Positions 12,200 to 23,947 of a stretch of 64,000 nucleotides of DNA are shown here, one piece after another. The number at the start of each line of letters is the position of its first letter. Positions within the stretch are counted from its first letter, which is position 1. The notes under the pieces were generated by a model that ran no database searches, had not been told where the DNA came from, and saw only the letters and a list, made by a program, of their open reading frames with translations. Both the position numbers and the translations under genes were made by a program. The stretch comes from Epiperipatus broadwayi (taxonomy: Eukaryota; Animalia; Onychophora): contig JAQFVV010000008.1 in NCBI GenBank assembly GCA_028023455.1, forward strand, positions 12,524,001-12,588,000, read 5' to 3'.

Positions 12200-12990
12200 T
12201 ATTTGTGAAAAGTTAACCTCAACAATGGCGGATGCTATTTCGTCGAAATGATGGGAAGCAAAAATAACACACGGTTTAACCCAAAAACTACTTTATTTAC
12301 ATTATATAACTATGAAAACATTAAATATAATATATATAAAGTACAACTTTAAAATTTTTATTTATAAGGAGCACTTCCAACTAGCTTCGTAGTCTTTGTC
12401 AACTAACACTTTCAAAGTGTAACTTTCCCACAATTCATTGATTTTTACTTTTGCTGCCTGTCTGTTTATTAAGTCATGCTTACATTTGTATATTAACATA
12501 GCTTCCTTTATTTTCCTTTTATTATTGTTTCTTTCACTTTGTAATATTTTCACACTATCATACTCCAAATTAAAAAACATATATATATAATCTATTATGA
12601 TCATAAAAACCACTAAAAATTAAAAACATATATACATAATCTATTTTGATCATAAAAACCCGATGTTGAAATATTATCAATGTTTCAACATCGGTTTTTT
12701 ACAATCATAATAGATTATGTATATATGGTTTTAATTTGGAGTATGATAATGTGAAAATATTACAAATTGAAAGAAACAATAATAAAAGGAAAATAAAGAA
12801 AGCTATGTTAACATATAAATGTAAGCATGACTTAATAAACAGATAGGCAGCAAAAATAAAAATCAATAAATTGTGGTAAGGTTAGATTTGAAAGTGTGTT
12901 TGAAAGTGTTAATTGAGAAAGACTACGAAACTAATCGAAAGCACTCCTAGATGGATAAAAGTTTTTAAAGTTGTACTTCATATATATTAC
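12200..12990. mobile_element. Head-to-head inverted pair of 5'-truncated Penelope 3' ends (family F3)
   Basis: Arms of ~330 bp (~12335-12670 and ~12682-12990) around an 11 nt loop (tattatcaatg). Each arm encodes a GIY-YIG C-terminal peptide. The left arm has a ~45 bp tandem duplication (12570-12660) and CpG-containing sequence extending to ~12200. Confidence 0.8.
12362..12613 (-). pseudogene. Penelope GIY-YIG endonuclease C-terminal fragment
   Basis: The ORF-track peptide FNLEYDSVKILQSERNNNKRKIKEAMLIYKCKHDLINRQAAKVKINELW matches the H-x-F-D-x3-VKIL-x2-E-x4-KR-x2-KEA-x2-I pattern of PLE endonuclease C-termini. The mirror copy on + (12730-12880) has an internal stop. Confidence 0.8.
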
Positions 12991-13181
12991 TCTATTTATT
13001 GATATTTAATTACAAAATTATGTATATAACTTCAAAGAAATACAGATATCAAATAAGAACATCATTATATATATATACAATCTAAACCATTTTATGGTAA
13101 ATAAAGAGTAAATTTATCTACTAATATAAAACAAAAAGAATGAATTGTATTTATTTGTTGGACTATTTCCATGTATGTACC

Positions 13182-13393
13182 AAGGAACATATGTTATATT
13201 GGGAAAATACAAAAATATTGGCTAGAGAGGAAAGGTACAAAGATTTTGTAGAAAATTCAAAGAAGCTGCTCATATGACTATGGCAAATAACTCTATAAGT
13301 CAACCTAGTATAATTATACATAATGTATGGAAACCACTAATGACTTTGCTCTTAAAAAAAAAAAGAAGAAAACAGGAGGAAATTCAGAGATAA
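13182..13393 (+). pseudogene. Penelope GIY-YIG endonuclease C-terminus with one frameshift
   Basis: KEHMLYWENTKILAREERYK, then a frameshift, then RKFKEAAHMTMANNSISQPSIIIHNVWKPLMTLLLKKKRRKQEEIQR*. The RK-x-KEAAHM...ISQPS...W-x-PL pattern is what I recognise from PLE endonuclease tails. Confidence 0.8.
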
Positions 13394-13425
13394 GTATATG
13401 AAATTTCTAATGATTGCTGCCTTTG

Positions 13426-13503
13426 GAAGAATGGTTCAGTTGATTAGAGCATTACCTTCAAATTCAATAATCTAAGGGTCCAGGTTTGATTCTCATGCTA
13501 GTA
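13426..13503 (+). promoter_or_regulatory. tRNA-derived Pol III internal promoter-like segment (A and B box)
   Basis: tggttcagttgattagagc resembles the tRNA A box/D arm, and ggtttgattctc resembles the B box GGTTCGANTCC with CpG decay. The spacing is tRNA-like but it does not fold as an intact cloverleaf. Confidence 0.65.
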
Positions 13504-13523
13504 CTGTCACTGGTCAGGCCAGC

Positions 13524-13570
13524 AACACTTGAAGAAGAAAGGAGAATAATATTGCTTAAAATGTTATGTG
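13524..13570 (+). ncRNA. Decayed hammerhead motif
   Basis: acac TTGAAGA agaaaggagaataatattgct TAAAATGTT atgtg. Together with the 37261 copy this reconstructs to acac CTGAAGA A GAGAGGT gaataat ACCTCTC GAAA CGTT gtgt (inferred consensus). Confidence 0.55.
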
Positions 13571-14735
13571 TATATACTAACCTGTGTGCTATTACTAACA
13601 GTTGAATGTTTGGAAAGTTAAATAAAGATATTCAATACTTAAAAAAAAAAAAATGATGGAAATAGTCCAACAAATAAATACAACTAAAATATCATAATCA
13701 TAAACCTTCAGGAAAACAAAAAGAATGAATGCCTTGGAAATTTATAGATTAAAAAAAAAAGGAAGACAAATAAACCATGTATTATATAAACTAAATATTA
13801 ATACTGTATAGTTTGTATAAAAGCAGCTGATTGTCAGCCTTACCAGTCTTTCTCTAAATACAAATTATAGTAAAATCAATCATTTTTAGCAATTTATCAA
13901 ATGATAATTTTTTAAAAAAATGATAAATGGTTTAATAGAATAGTATAATCCAAACTTTAAAGATATTTAAAAAATAAAATAAAATGACAACTGGCATCCT
14001 ATGCATATATAAATGACACACATAGACATTTGTAGTTGGTCCATAATTAACAGAATGAAATGCCTAGTATTTTCAAAAGCATACTTTACAATGTATGCAC
14101 ATAGATCCAAATAAATTTAACACAATACAAAATTTTAGGAAATAAAAAACTATATTATTAGATATAGTTTAAATAACTTGCAATGACCAGTTTATTGTTA
14201 TTTTTAAATCAATATTGATTTCTCAACAATTATATGAATGGGATTTATGAACAGGTTCCTTTCAAAATAGCTTGAAATGATGTTTTGCTGTTGATACAGC
14301 TGAGATTAACTGCCACCAACATCAATTACCTTGCTCTATTTAATATAAATATTAATAATAAAACATTAAGAAAATATAAACAAAACAAATACAATAGAAG
14401 AAAATAAGGTGATATAAAAGAAAGTCAATGAAGACAAGAAAAAGATAGATCCTCCTTATGAAAGTTATTATAAATGAAAAAGTGCAATTTAATACTGAAT
14501 ACATTTTAATTTAAAAGAAAGTATAGATGAATAAAATTATGAATAGCTATATTAACACATTATAACAGTATATTAAAATATTAAGTTTGCATCCTTTCAG
14601 ATTTTTTAATTATCTTATAACAATCTATCATTCAATGATGTATATATTCACAATTTATTTAGATAAATTATTTTCTTAAAAAAAAGTTGTATTATGTAAG
14701 ATAACCTAAGAATTTGTATTTAATTGACTTTGATA

Positions 14736-14943
14736 GAATATTGAGTGATATTAAAACAGGCAAAATTCTCCATACAGTAGTGCCACTCAGTGCAAACCAG
14801 AGTAATCAATGGATGCACAAGCCTTCTGGCATCCATTGATTACTCTGGCTTGCACTGAGTGGCACTACTGTATGGAGAGTTTTGCCGGATTAAATGACAG
14901 TTAAGAGCAAGCATAAGAAATGGTGATCATGTGAATATTGAGT
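14736..14943. mobile_element. Family F2 minimal fold-back: 58 bp hairpin plus tail, 11 bp TSD
   Basis: Stem 14759-14816 / 14829-14886 has one G.U and one A.C pair and a 12 nt loop. The tail (14887-14932) is on the right only. Identical gaatattgagt at 14736-14746 and 14933-14943. Confidence 0.9.
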
Positions 14944-16964
14944 CCGCTTATCTCTTTTTAATACAATTTATTCCAAAACATCAATAATTAGTTAACTCAT
15001 TTTATCTAATGAACTCTTACATCATTAATATATACTTACAATGGGAGATGAAAACATATTCTATATTGTTCCTTGTCATATTAATGTTTGTAACAACTTA
15101 TTAATCAATTAGAAATTATTGATAGCTATCTAAATTTGTTGGAGCAATAGTTAATTATTAAAACTGAATATTTAATTCTATGATTAACATTTCATAATTT
15201 GAATTAATTAGTTTTAAATTTTTATTAACATTCTTTAAATTAATAAAGTTCTAAAATAACTAACTAATCATCTTTCAAAACGATTTTCTCATTTCTTAAA
15301 ACCTGCTTAAGACTAACTTATATAAATACTTTGAGTATGGATGGATACTTATTTTATGCTAAAGAAAAAACCAATGATATCTATATATACATCAGTTTTT
15401 AATTAACAGATACCTTATATATATATATTGATAAAAAAAAGTGATATCTATTTATATAATTATTATAAAAAAGGATGAGTATGTATTGTTTATCATAAGC
15501 ATAAAAGATTAAAAAAAAATCATGAAAAATACATAATTTAAAATGGCCTATCTAATCTTGATATGCTAGTATATTATTATTGATATGTTTACAATTTAAT
15601 ATCATTGGTTATATTGTGGAGGCCTAATTGTATTAAGTATTTAAAAAAAAAAAAAAATTTTACCACAGAATACAAAATAAATCTATTACAATTATTAAAA
15701 AAGAGCAAACTGAATTCCTAATAAAATTTTTAACATTTAAACTCTTAATTTAGTCAACAAAAGCTTGCTAAATATTAACCAATGATATTTACATAATCTC
15801 TACACATGAAATGTATGCATATCCATATAAATAAGATGTAATGCATGTTATTCATTTTGACATATCTGTTAACTATTATATTTGTACTAAAAATGTGTAA
15901 TATATTTGCATGGATATGCATTATATACCAAACATATACTAACAGAATTAATGCATTATTTGTGTCCCTAAAACAAAATATTATCAAAAGTGGTTACCAA
16001 ATAATACTACTAAAGACTAAATAATCACTGTAAAAAAATGTAATACTATCTTTTTTTAAATAAAAATAATTTTTTATTTACATCATTTCGAACTGAAAAT
16101 ATTTAAAGGTATAAAATAGGAAATCAACCTAATTAGATGATAATACACTAATCTAAAATTATACGTCAAAATGCAAAGGTTCAAATAAGTTTAATACAAT
16201 ACTTTTTCTTTTATCTTTATCTGGGGGTCACATTAAATAAATACTTTTATCTCAATTCATATTTAAAATATAAAATTTTATACAACTTGATTTAAAGTTG
16301 CTTTGTGTAATAGTAAAACTATTTTCAAAGGCACACATCCTAAATGCAATGACTTTAAAAATCTAATATAGATCTTAAGTATTTAAAATGTATAAATATA
16401 TCACATATAATTGCATGATTAAAATTTTAATTTAATGCAAGAAAATAGTAATAAATATTGTTATTATACTATTTTATGGAAAAGATTACCAAAAGGAATC
16501 ATTTTAAGTTCAACAATTTGCTAAGGAAGATCTTTAGAATGACCATAAAAAGATTTATCAGTTTTAGAATCCCTAACTACAATGTGGCAGCTTACTAATT
16601 GCATATTTTTACAATGAGTAATAAAACTAAAAGTCAAGCTATTTATGAAAATACTACATGAATATATATTAATTTGACACTCTTGGTTCTTGAATCTTTG
16701 AGTTTAGCAATTTTATAGAATTCAGTTTTTATGCTCTTCTTTCACTATAAACACTAGCAATTGAAAACTTAAATACCAACAGGACATAATAATTTAAATT
16801 TTATATATACTACATATATATACAGTAAGATTTTTTTTTTTAAATAAGCAAAAATAAATAAATAAAAATCTCTTGTTAAACCACCATTTTCATTGTTATA
16901 TGCTTTTCTAATTCTGTTTTTTTTTTTTTTTATCAGTCTAACTGATGAAATCTTGCAATTCAAT

Positions 16965-17350
16965 TTTCACTCTCTTCCCTTTTCCCAACTTTGCATATAG
17001 ATGTATTCCAATGGTGATGCATTTTTAAAAGTTTGCAAACAATTTTAATTAAAAAAATTAATGAAAAATTTAATTTTTTAATTTATGAGATTTGGTACTC
17101 TTTTCAGTACTGCAATCTAATAATATTTCTGAAATTATAGAAAAACAAAACCCTTTTATTAACATAAATACACACACACACAAAAAAAAAAACCCTAAAA
17201 AATAAAAAAAATAAGTTTTCTTCAGCTTTCACAATATTCTTGATATTATGCTGTGCTCATATTTAGAAATATTTTTAGTCTATTTTTGAACACGAGTGCC
17301 ATGCACTTTTATTTTGATTGCATAATATCAAGAAAACTGTGAAAATTGAA
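16965..17350 (+). repeat. Dispersed repeat, second copy at ~35325-35620; this copy ends in a hairpin
   Basis: Shared blocks aaaagtttgcaaacaatttta, cagtact, atttctg(g)aatta and gctttcacaa. A 24 bp inverted repeat lies at 17228-17251 / 17320-17343 (2 mismatches). Confidence 0.6.
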
Positions 17351-17989
17351 AAAAAAAAAAATTATTTTTTGGGGCATTTATGTGGGGGAAAAAAAAAGGA
17401 TTTAAAATTTTTAATACTTTTTTATTTATTTAAAAAAACAAACAAAATAGCTAACTTGAAAATGTTGCAAACATGTTCAAGTCAAGTAATCTAGAGATTC
17501 TCCACCCCAACTCTTCTTTGTATTTAAAAAATTTCCACTCTACTGGAATTAATAAAAACTTTGCTAGAAAAATTTAAAAGACAATATAAATTTGATAATC
17601 ATATTAATTATGGATACGAATTTAATGTTACATTATCTATTAGTTTTTTTTCCTCTTTAATTTTATTTTCATATGTGAATACAGTATATATTCAATGTAT
17701 TTATTATATATACTTTGCTTTATATGCATGTATTCAAGATTAAATTAAATGGTAAATCATGCTTAATTAATAGTTAGAAAATTGCAAAATTTAATTAAAA
17801 GACATATTTGTAATTTTTTCAAGATGTAGGGATCTGGATTAAAGAATATTGTATATATTTTAAATGAAATAATTTATGGTGAAGAGATAATGCATCTGCA
17901 TCCCATGCTTATGAACTGAATTTGAATTCTGAGTGGATAAAATGAAAAAAACAATACTCAAGCCCTTATCCAATTCATTTGAACCTGGA

Positions 17990-20863
17990 GAAAAAAGTCC
18001 AGGTTCTATTTGGCTTAAGATTTTCTTTATGGTAGCTCCCTATATGATGACAAAATGACGAAGCCTTTTTAAATTTTCACAATCTCCTAATGATTATTTT
18101 GAGTTATCATTCAATTTAATCTTGAATACTTCACAATCATTTTCAACCATTATCAATCCACTAAAGGATGAAAGTCTCTCCAACTGCTCTGATGCATAGC
18201 ATATCTTCTCCAATGAAGTCTCCTTTTAGGTCTTTTACAATTGCTTGAAATCCAGTTTAAGACTTCAACTATGTACTTATTATCATCACTTCTAGCAATA
18301 CGTTTAGCCCAGTACCATTTCAGTTTCTTAATTCTTTTAATGAATCAATGATATCTATTTGTTCTTTCACCCATGTATTTTGTTTTCAATCTTTTCTTGT
18401 TACCCTAATATATATTACTCCAAACTTTGTTGATGATCTGAAATACTCTTTCATAAATAACATATCTATTTAAAAATCTTCTTCAAATATATATGTATAT
18501 TTGTTTTTAATATTAAATTATTTGTACCAAAAGTACTTCATCCAAGTTTAAATCTATGACCAATTTTATCCATTATATTTTCATCTGTATTAATAATCTG
18601 GTAAAGATATTAATAATTGATAACTTCTATTAATTCATGATTATCAATCATTATTTTCTTCTTCAGAAAAAATTCATTGAAGAATAAATCTTTTTACTGT
18701 TTATCTTCAGTCCTATTTTCTTATTTTCATATGATAACTCTTACAATATTTCCTGAAGCTCTGAAGCATTATTTGCAAAAAACAATATCATATGCAAAAT
18801 CTAGATAATTGAAATAATCTCAATATACTTTTATTTTTAATCTCTTAGTTTCCCATTTTAATTCATATAATATTTCTTGTAACATTCCAGAAAAACATTT
18901 TGGAAATATGGAATCACCCTGTCATACATCCTTCTCAATGTTATTCTTCTTAATTATCATCATGTAATCTAAACATTGTAGTTATATTCTGATAAATATT
19001 CTTTAGAATATGAAAATATTCTCAATCTATATTTTGATGATCCAATACTTTAGTCATCATAGAAATACTTATAGAATCAAATGTCTTTTCATAATCTACA
19101 AATCCAAAACATAATGGCAATTCATATTTATTAGTCATTTCTATAACTTCTCTTTAATAATTTTATGTGACCCATTGTGTTAAAACAAATTTTTAAATCC
19201 AGCTTCTTTTAGTTGGTTAAAATCGAAAGTGTAGCCGAGTTGTAATTATCTTGGTAATGATTTTATATAGAACTGACAAAAGACTGATAGGTCTGCAATT
19301 TCTAATATTATCTTTATTACATTTTTAAAATATCAATATTAATAATGTGCTCTTTCAATCATCTGGTATATCTTTATCATTTAGGATTTGGTATATAACT
19401 TTGTTAACAATTTTTTTATTTCAGCATCTGCTTCTTTTAAGATATCAATTATAATTCCATAATTTCCTGGAGCTTTCCCACTCTTCATAGATTTAATTGC
19501 ATGTTTCATTTCTTCATGTAAAATACTGGGCAATTGAGAAAATATAATAACTATAGAATATACTTTGTTTTCTTATTCTTTATTATAATAACTTAAAGAA
19601 ACTTTCCATACATTTCATACCATTTCTCTCTTTTACGCCTATCTTTTCTTCTTATTGCAGAAATAACTTTCCTACTAATATCAAGATGATGTTTTATCTT
19701 TTGGGACTTTTATAGCTTTCCTTGCCAATTCATAATTATATTTTCTCAAATTGCTATTAATTCTATTTTATATCATTCTACAAAATTCTAGATATTCAAT
19801 TCTTAAGGAATCATTTTTATATATTTTCATATCCATTCTTTCCTTTATAATTTCTCTTGATAAACTGCTGTGTTTTTGTGCCAGTTATATTTCTTGAAAT
19901 TCTTAATAGTGTATCAGTTAATTTCTTATTGATTTAATTCAAATCTGAACATTTTAAAAATCTGTTAATATTTTTAAAAAGATTCACAAATTCTAATTTA
20001 AATTAACCAGAATATTTTTGAAAGGTAGGAATGTCAACTTTTAAAAATGTTTTTCTTAATATTATTTTGTCTCTCTAGATTTACATTAACACATATTTTA
20101 TATTTTACTGATCATTTATAAGTTTTTGTGTTGAATTTATTAAGAACATTATAATCTTGAAATACATATTTTCTGTTAATCAAAGTATTCAATTCTGTTG
20201 TATCTTCATCTGGATGCTTCCATGTCCGTTTCTGTTTAGCATTTGTCTAAAAAAAAAATTAATATGTACACTTTTTCTTTTTCTGCACTCTAATAAGACT
20301 TTATTCACTCATTTCTATCACTATAACCACATTCGCCTATAATACTTTCTTTTGCAATCATTTAGCAATTCTAGCAATAAAATTTTCCATGTCAATTTAA
20401 AAATGTTTTTAATACAATCAAAAACAAAAAATCCTCAACTTTCTCCTAATGAAAATTTGTTGAGGTTTAAACCTGAATTATCTGCATTTAGTATCTTTCA
20501 TTAAATTGAATAACTAATCTTGTCATTCTTTTTGATATATCAACAATCTCCACAAAGTTGTTCCACTTTTTATTTATAATGAATCCTATTCCATTTGTGC
20601 TTCCATTAATATTTATGCCTTTATTAGAAAAGTATGTGCCCACTTTTTACATCAAATTTTTTTCTAATATCACAAAGTCCAACAACATTCCATTTAATAT
20701 TAGGCAGTTCTTGTAATTCATATAGATTTCCTTCACTTGAAAGTGATCTGCAATTGTAAGCACCTAAATAGATCATAATCAAATGGCAGCCTGGATTCAC
20801 AATCAAGGAATTCTTAGCATCCTTCACCTTCATACTCCATTTATTGACTTGGCTGGCAATTTT
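17990..20863 (-). mobile_element. Decayed RTE-clade LINE
   Basis: Endonuclease N-terminus IYLGAYNCRSLSSEGNLYELQELPNIKWNVVGLCDIR (ORF track 20624-20833). RT motif REVIEMTNKYELPLCFGFVDYEKTFDSI (~19075-19155). Homologous to 40871-43679. Confidence 0.85.
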
Positions 20864-21168
20864 ATGGGTCTCCTGGAAATAAGGGTCATAATTCAGTTTT
20901 GCCCATCATGATTATAAATATCAATTTTAAAAAAAGTTCATACACACACACTAACTCTGACTTCAAGAAAACTAAATTGATACTTCAGTTAAAAATTGCA
21001 GGCAACAGAAAAGGAAGACCATAGTATTTTGAAACTCAAAAATAAAAAGCCAATAAACTCACCCCATTGGCTGATGCCTGATGGTAAGGAATATTCATTT
21101 ACGACTGTAACAATAAAAACATATAGAGTGGATATTATGAATTTATTTTATTCAAAGAGGAATCAAAA

Positions 21169-21279
21169 GATGTCTTGCATTGCTAGTCGAGAGGTCAGCG
21201 CGACTGCCTTGCACTTGCAGCCAGTTGCCCGGGTTGCGGGTTCGCGTCCCAGCCGATGCTATGACACTTAAAAAAAAAA
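21169..21279 (+). mobile_element. Short tRNA-derived SINE, apparently young
   Basis: GC- and CpG-rich block with A-box-like tagtcgagagg, B-box-like ggttcgcgtcc and a 3' A run. Possible 7 bp TSD aaaagat (21165-21171, 21276-21282). Confidence 0.7.
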
Positions 21280-22299
21280 GATATTCTTTCAATTAACAGC
21301 AAACTTCTTTCTGCAGCCAGCTTAAATACGCATACATATATATATAAAGGATATATATCGTACTTTAAATATATATTGTATACATGTTTGAAAATAAAAT
21401 TAAGAGAAAAAAATCCTGATAGATATTATATCTCTAAATTAATATGCATGACTGAAATGAATAGCAAATTTCTATTGTGTTTTAGACTTTTCCAGCAAAT
21501 TTTTTTTTACTCTTTCAGTACAGGATAAGCAAAAACTTTTTTTAAATATGAAAAATGATTGGGGAGTTTTCATCGTATTTTTGATATTAAGATAGACCAA
21601 AAATTAAATTGAGAATTCATAATATTTCATGAAAACAATGTAGGGAAAGATATTATTTAAAAAATATTATTCAAAGAATCATTTTGAATGAAGAAGGTGT
21701 AAATAATATCTTAGACATATTATTATAGATATTAGATAACAATTATAATTAACCTTTTTTTTTTTTTTACAATCGATTAACCTTTTTCAATGCATTAATT
21801 GTGGTAAGAATTTTTTTTCCAATTGACAGAGGCAATTTCAAATTATCTTCTCTCAACAATGTGTGAAAATCAGTTAAAACATTAGCTATATTAAATATAG
21901 AGAAGAACTGCTAGAATTTAAATTGGGGGGGGGGGAGTCCCAAAATACTTGCACATGGTTTAACTACTTTTTTTATCTTTAAATTTATTTTCATTTTTGT
22001 TTTGGCAGATATGAATAATTCAAATAATAATCATTTTAAAATTAAAGCATTTAATATTAGTAAACAATTAATTTTAATAAAAACAACACATAAATACGAA
22101 ACACAACATTAGTGGGGGGGGGGGGTAAGTTTAGATATATAAATAATTAAAATGAACCTTAACTTAGATATTTTAAACTTTTTTTAATTAAATACTTTGA
22201 TGGGGAGTGGGTGAAAAAGCAAATAGTACATTCACATTCAATGGAATGAATGAAGAAGAGTACTGAATTTTTTTTACTCAAAATTCTATCTAACTTTGA

Positions 22300-23560
22300 A
22301 ATGTGTTTAGTATTCATCATTTCAAATATATATTTTATATGTTGAACAAGGAATTACTTCTATCAACTGATTTCATATATTTGTCAAAAAGTTTTTCCAC
22401 CAACACGTGATTTCGAACTCCATGGCAAATTTTTGAAATTAACAAAGTGAACTTTTAGTAAAAAATGACAAAAATTTAACAAAATTTCATAACCTCACTT
22501 GTCCTTCAATATATTAATAAATTGCAGTTCAATGACTTGCTATCTGTACACTGAATGGTAAGGCATCATCAATGCAGTCAAATGGATTTGAAAAATCGCT
22601 ATATCTTCTGCAATAAGATCAGAACATGAGTTCTGGTATATGATATTTAAAACAAACCAGAGAATTCTAGGTTAAGTAACTTTAAATAAAATTAGTTACT
22701 TATCAAAACCTTTTCTATGAACATATATATCTGATATAAGTAAAATTTCTCCGTTTCAAACTTAAATCATCAAAGCAATTTCTCAAATCCACAAAAAAAT
22801 ATTTTTTTTTCCAAATCTCTTCATTGTTATGTAGTGACTATCGATAGAGATTTGTTATTTTCACATAAGAATATCTGAATTTTTAAATTAATAAAAAATC
22901 TAAAATTTATCACTGCTTAGACACCAAATTGACATATGATAAAAAAAAAAAGTTTTGAAATTCAGTGAGTATTTCCACTAAAAATACACAGAACTAGTGG
23001 CAGTTAATTCCAAGGAAGTATATAAAATATACCATAGACACCAGTTGCCACTACTTTATCCATGCTTATTAATTTTCCAAATGGTTTTGATGCAAACCAT
23101 ATGATATCATTGGTTTTGGATGACTTTCCATGCATATCCTTATTTTGGCTGCACATTTTTTACTTCAATCAGATGTTACACATTTCAAATTCTTAATCTT
23201 GATGTTGTACTCAATAACAAATTTAAATGTTTTCAGTTATACAATGTTCATTATATCATGACTAGAAGATATAATAAAATTAATACTTGTGTCTCTAGCT
23301 GCTTTTTAAAATTGGGAACTGATATCATTATCATCAACAAACTATGTGCAATTATATTTACTGATAATCTTAAATTTGTAAATAAATTAGCTTTTTTTAA
23401 GTAAAAATTTCTTATATTACTTAAATTATACAAATTTTATATTATACCAACATCAAAAAAGTCTACCTCTTTCAGTTACAATTTGAGATAAGACAAAATT
23501 TGTTATTGTAATGATTTGACTTTCATTTTTAAATTTTTTAAATGTTGTTCTGTTATGCAT
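22300..23560 (-). mobile_element. Decayed CR1/L2-like reverse transcriptase fragment
   Basis: DFSNPFDCIDD (~22565-22597, cf. DFSKAFD) and ICHGVRNHVLVEKLFDKYM (~22365-22420, cf. GVPQGSVLGPLLF) occur in the expected order. Confidence 0.55.
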
Positions 23561-23703
23561 TTCAAAATTTCCAACTTGCTCTGAATGATTGATTGTAAGA
23601 TTCTAAAAATTTTTGAATAGTTATACCAAAGCTGTAATTGATAATGATGACAAATCTTTTATTGTCTTAATATTTCAATAATGTACTAAAAATTTAAACA
23701 TAA

Positions 23704-23947
23704 AACTTTTCAGAGCAAAACTCTCCATACAGTATTGCCACCTGTGCTAAACAGAGTAATCAATGTATGCCAGAAGGCTTGTGCATAAAATCCCTATCTA
23801 ATGCCTACTCATCCAATATCCCCAGACTAGTTTCTGTTTAGCACAGGTGGCAATACTGTATGGAGAGTTTTGCTCTGTTTGTCAACAATTAATGTGCTAG
23901 TATAGGAAATGTGATCATGTGATGCTTAATGGTTTATACAACTTTTC
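23704..23947. mobile_element. Family F2 asymmetric fold-back
   Basis: Arms cagagcaaaactctccatacagtattgccacctgtgctaaacag (23711-23754) and 23834-23877 are exact reverse complements. Tail at 23878-23939. Candidate 8 bp TSD aacttttc (23704-23711, 23940-23947). Confidence 0.88.

Larger units (their letters stand above)
13128..13730 (+). mobile_element. 5'-truncated Penelope element with short inverted arm, tail and 18 bp TSD
   Basis: Direct repeat aaaacaaaaagaatgaat at 13128-13145 and 13713-13730. Perfect 28 bp inverted repeat at 13145-13172 / 13656-13683. Tail of 29 bp at 13684-13712. Contains an endonuclease remnant, tRNA-like segment and hammerhead. Confidence 0.85.

Noticed and set aside
12225-12255. 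atttcgtcgaaat mini-palindrome as a second hammerhead in the F3 flank
   Set aside because: No CUGANGA at a suitable distance on either strand.
13426-13503. Functional tRNA gene (also considered for 21181-21255)
   Set aside because: A and B boxes are present but acceptor and anticodon stems do not form and there is no T-run terminator. These are retroelement heads.
13984-14002. hAT-like terminal motif (taggatgccagttgtc on the minus strand)
   Set aside because: No matching second terminus or TSD found.
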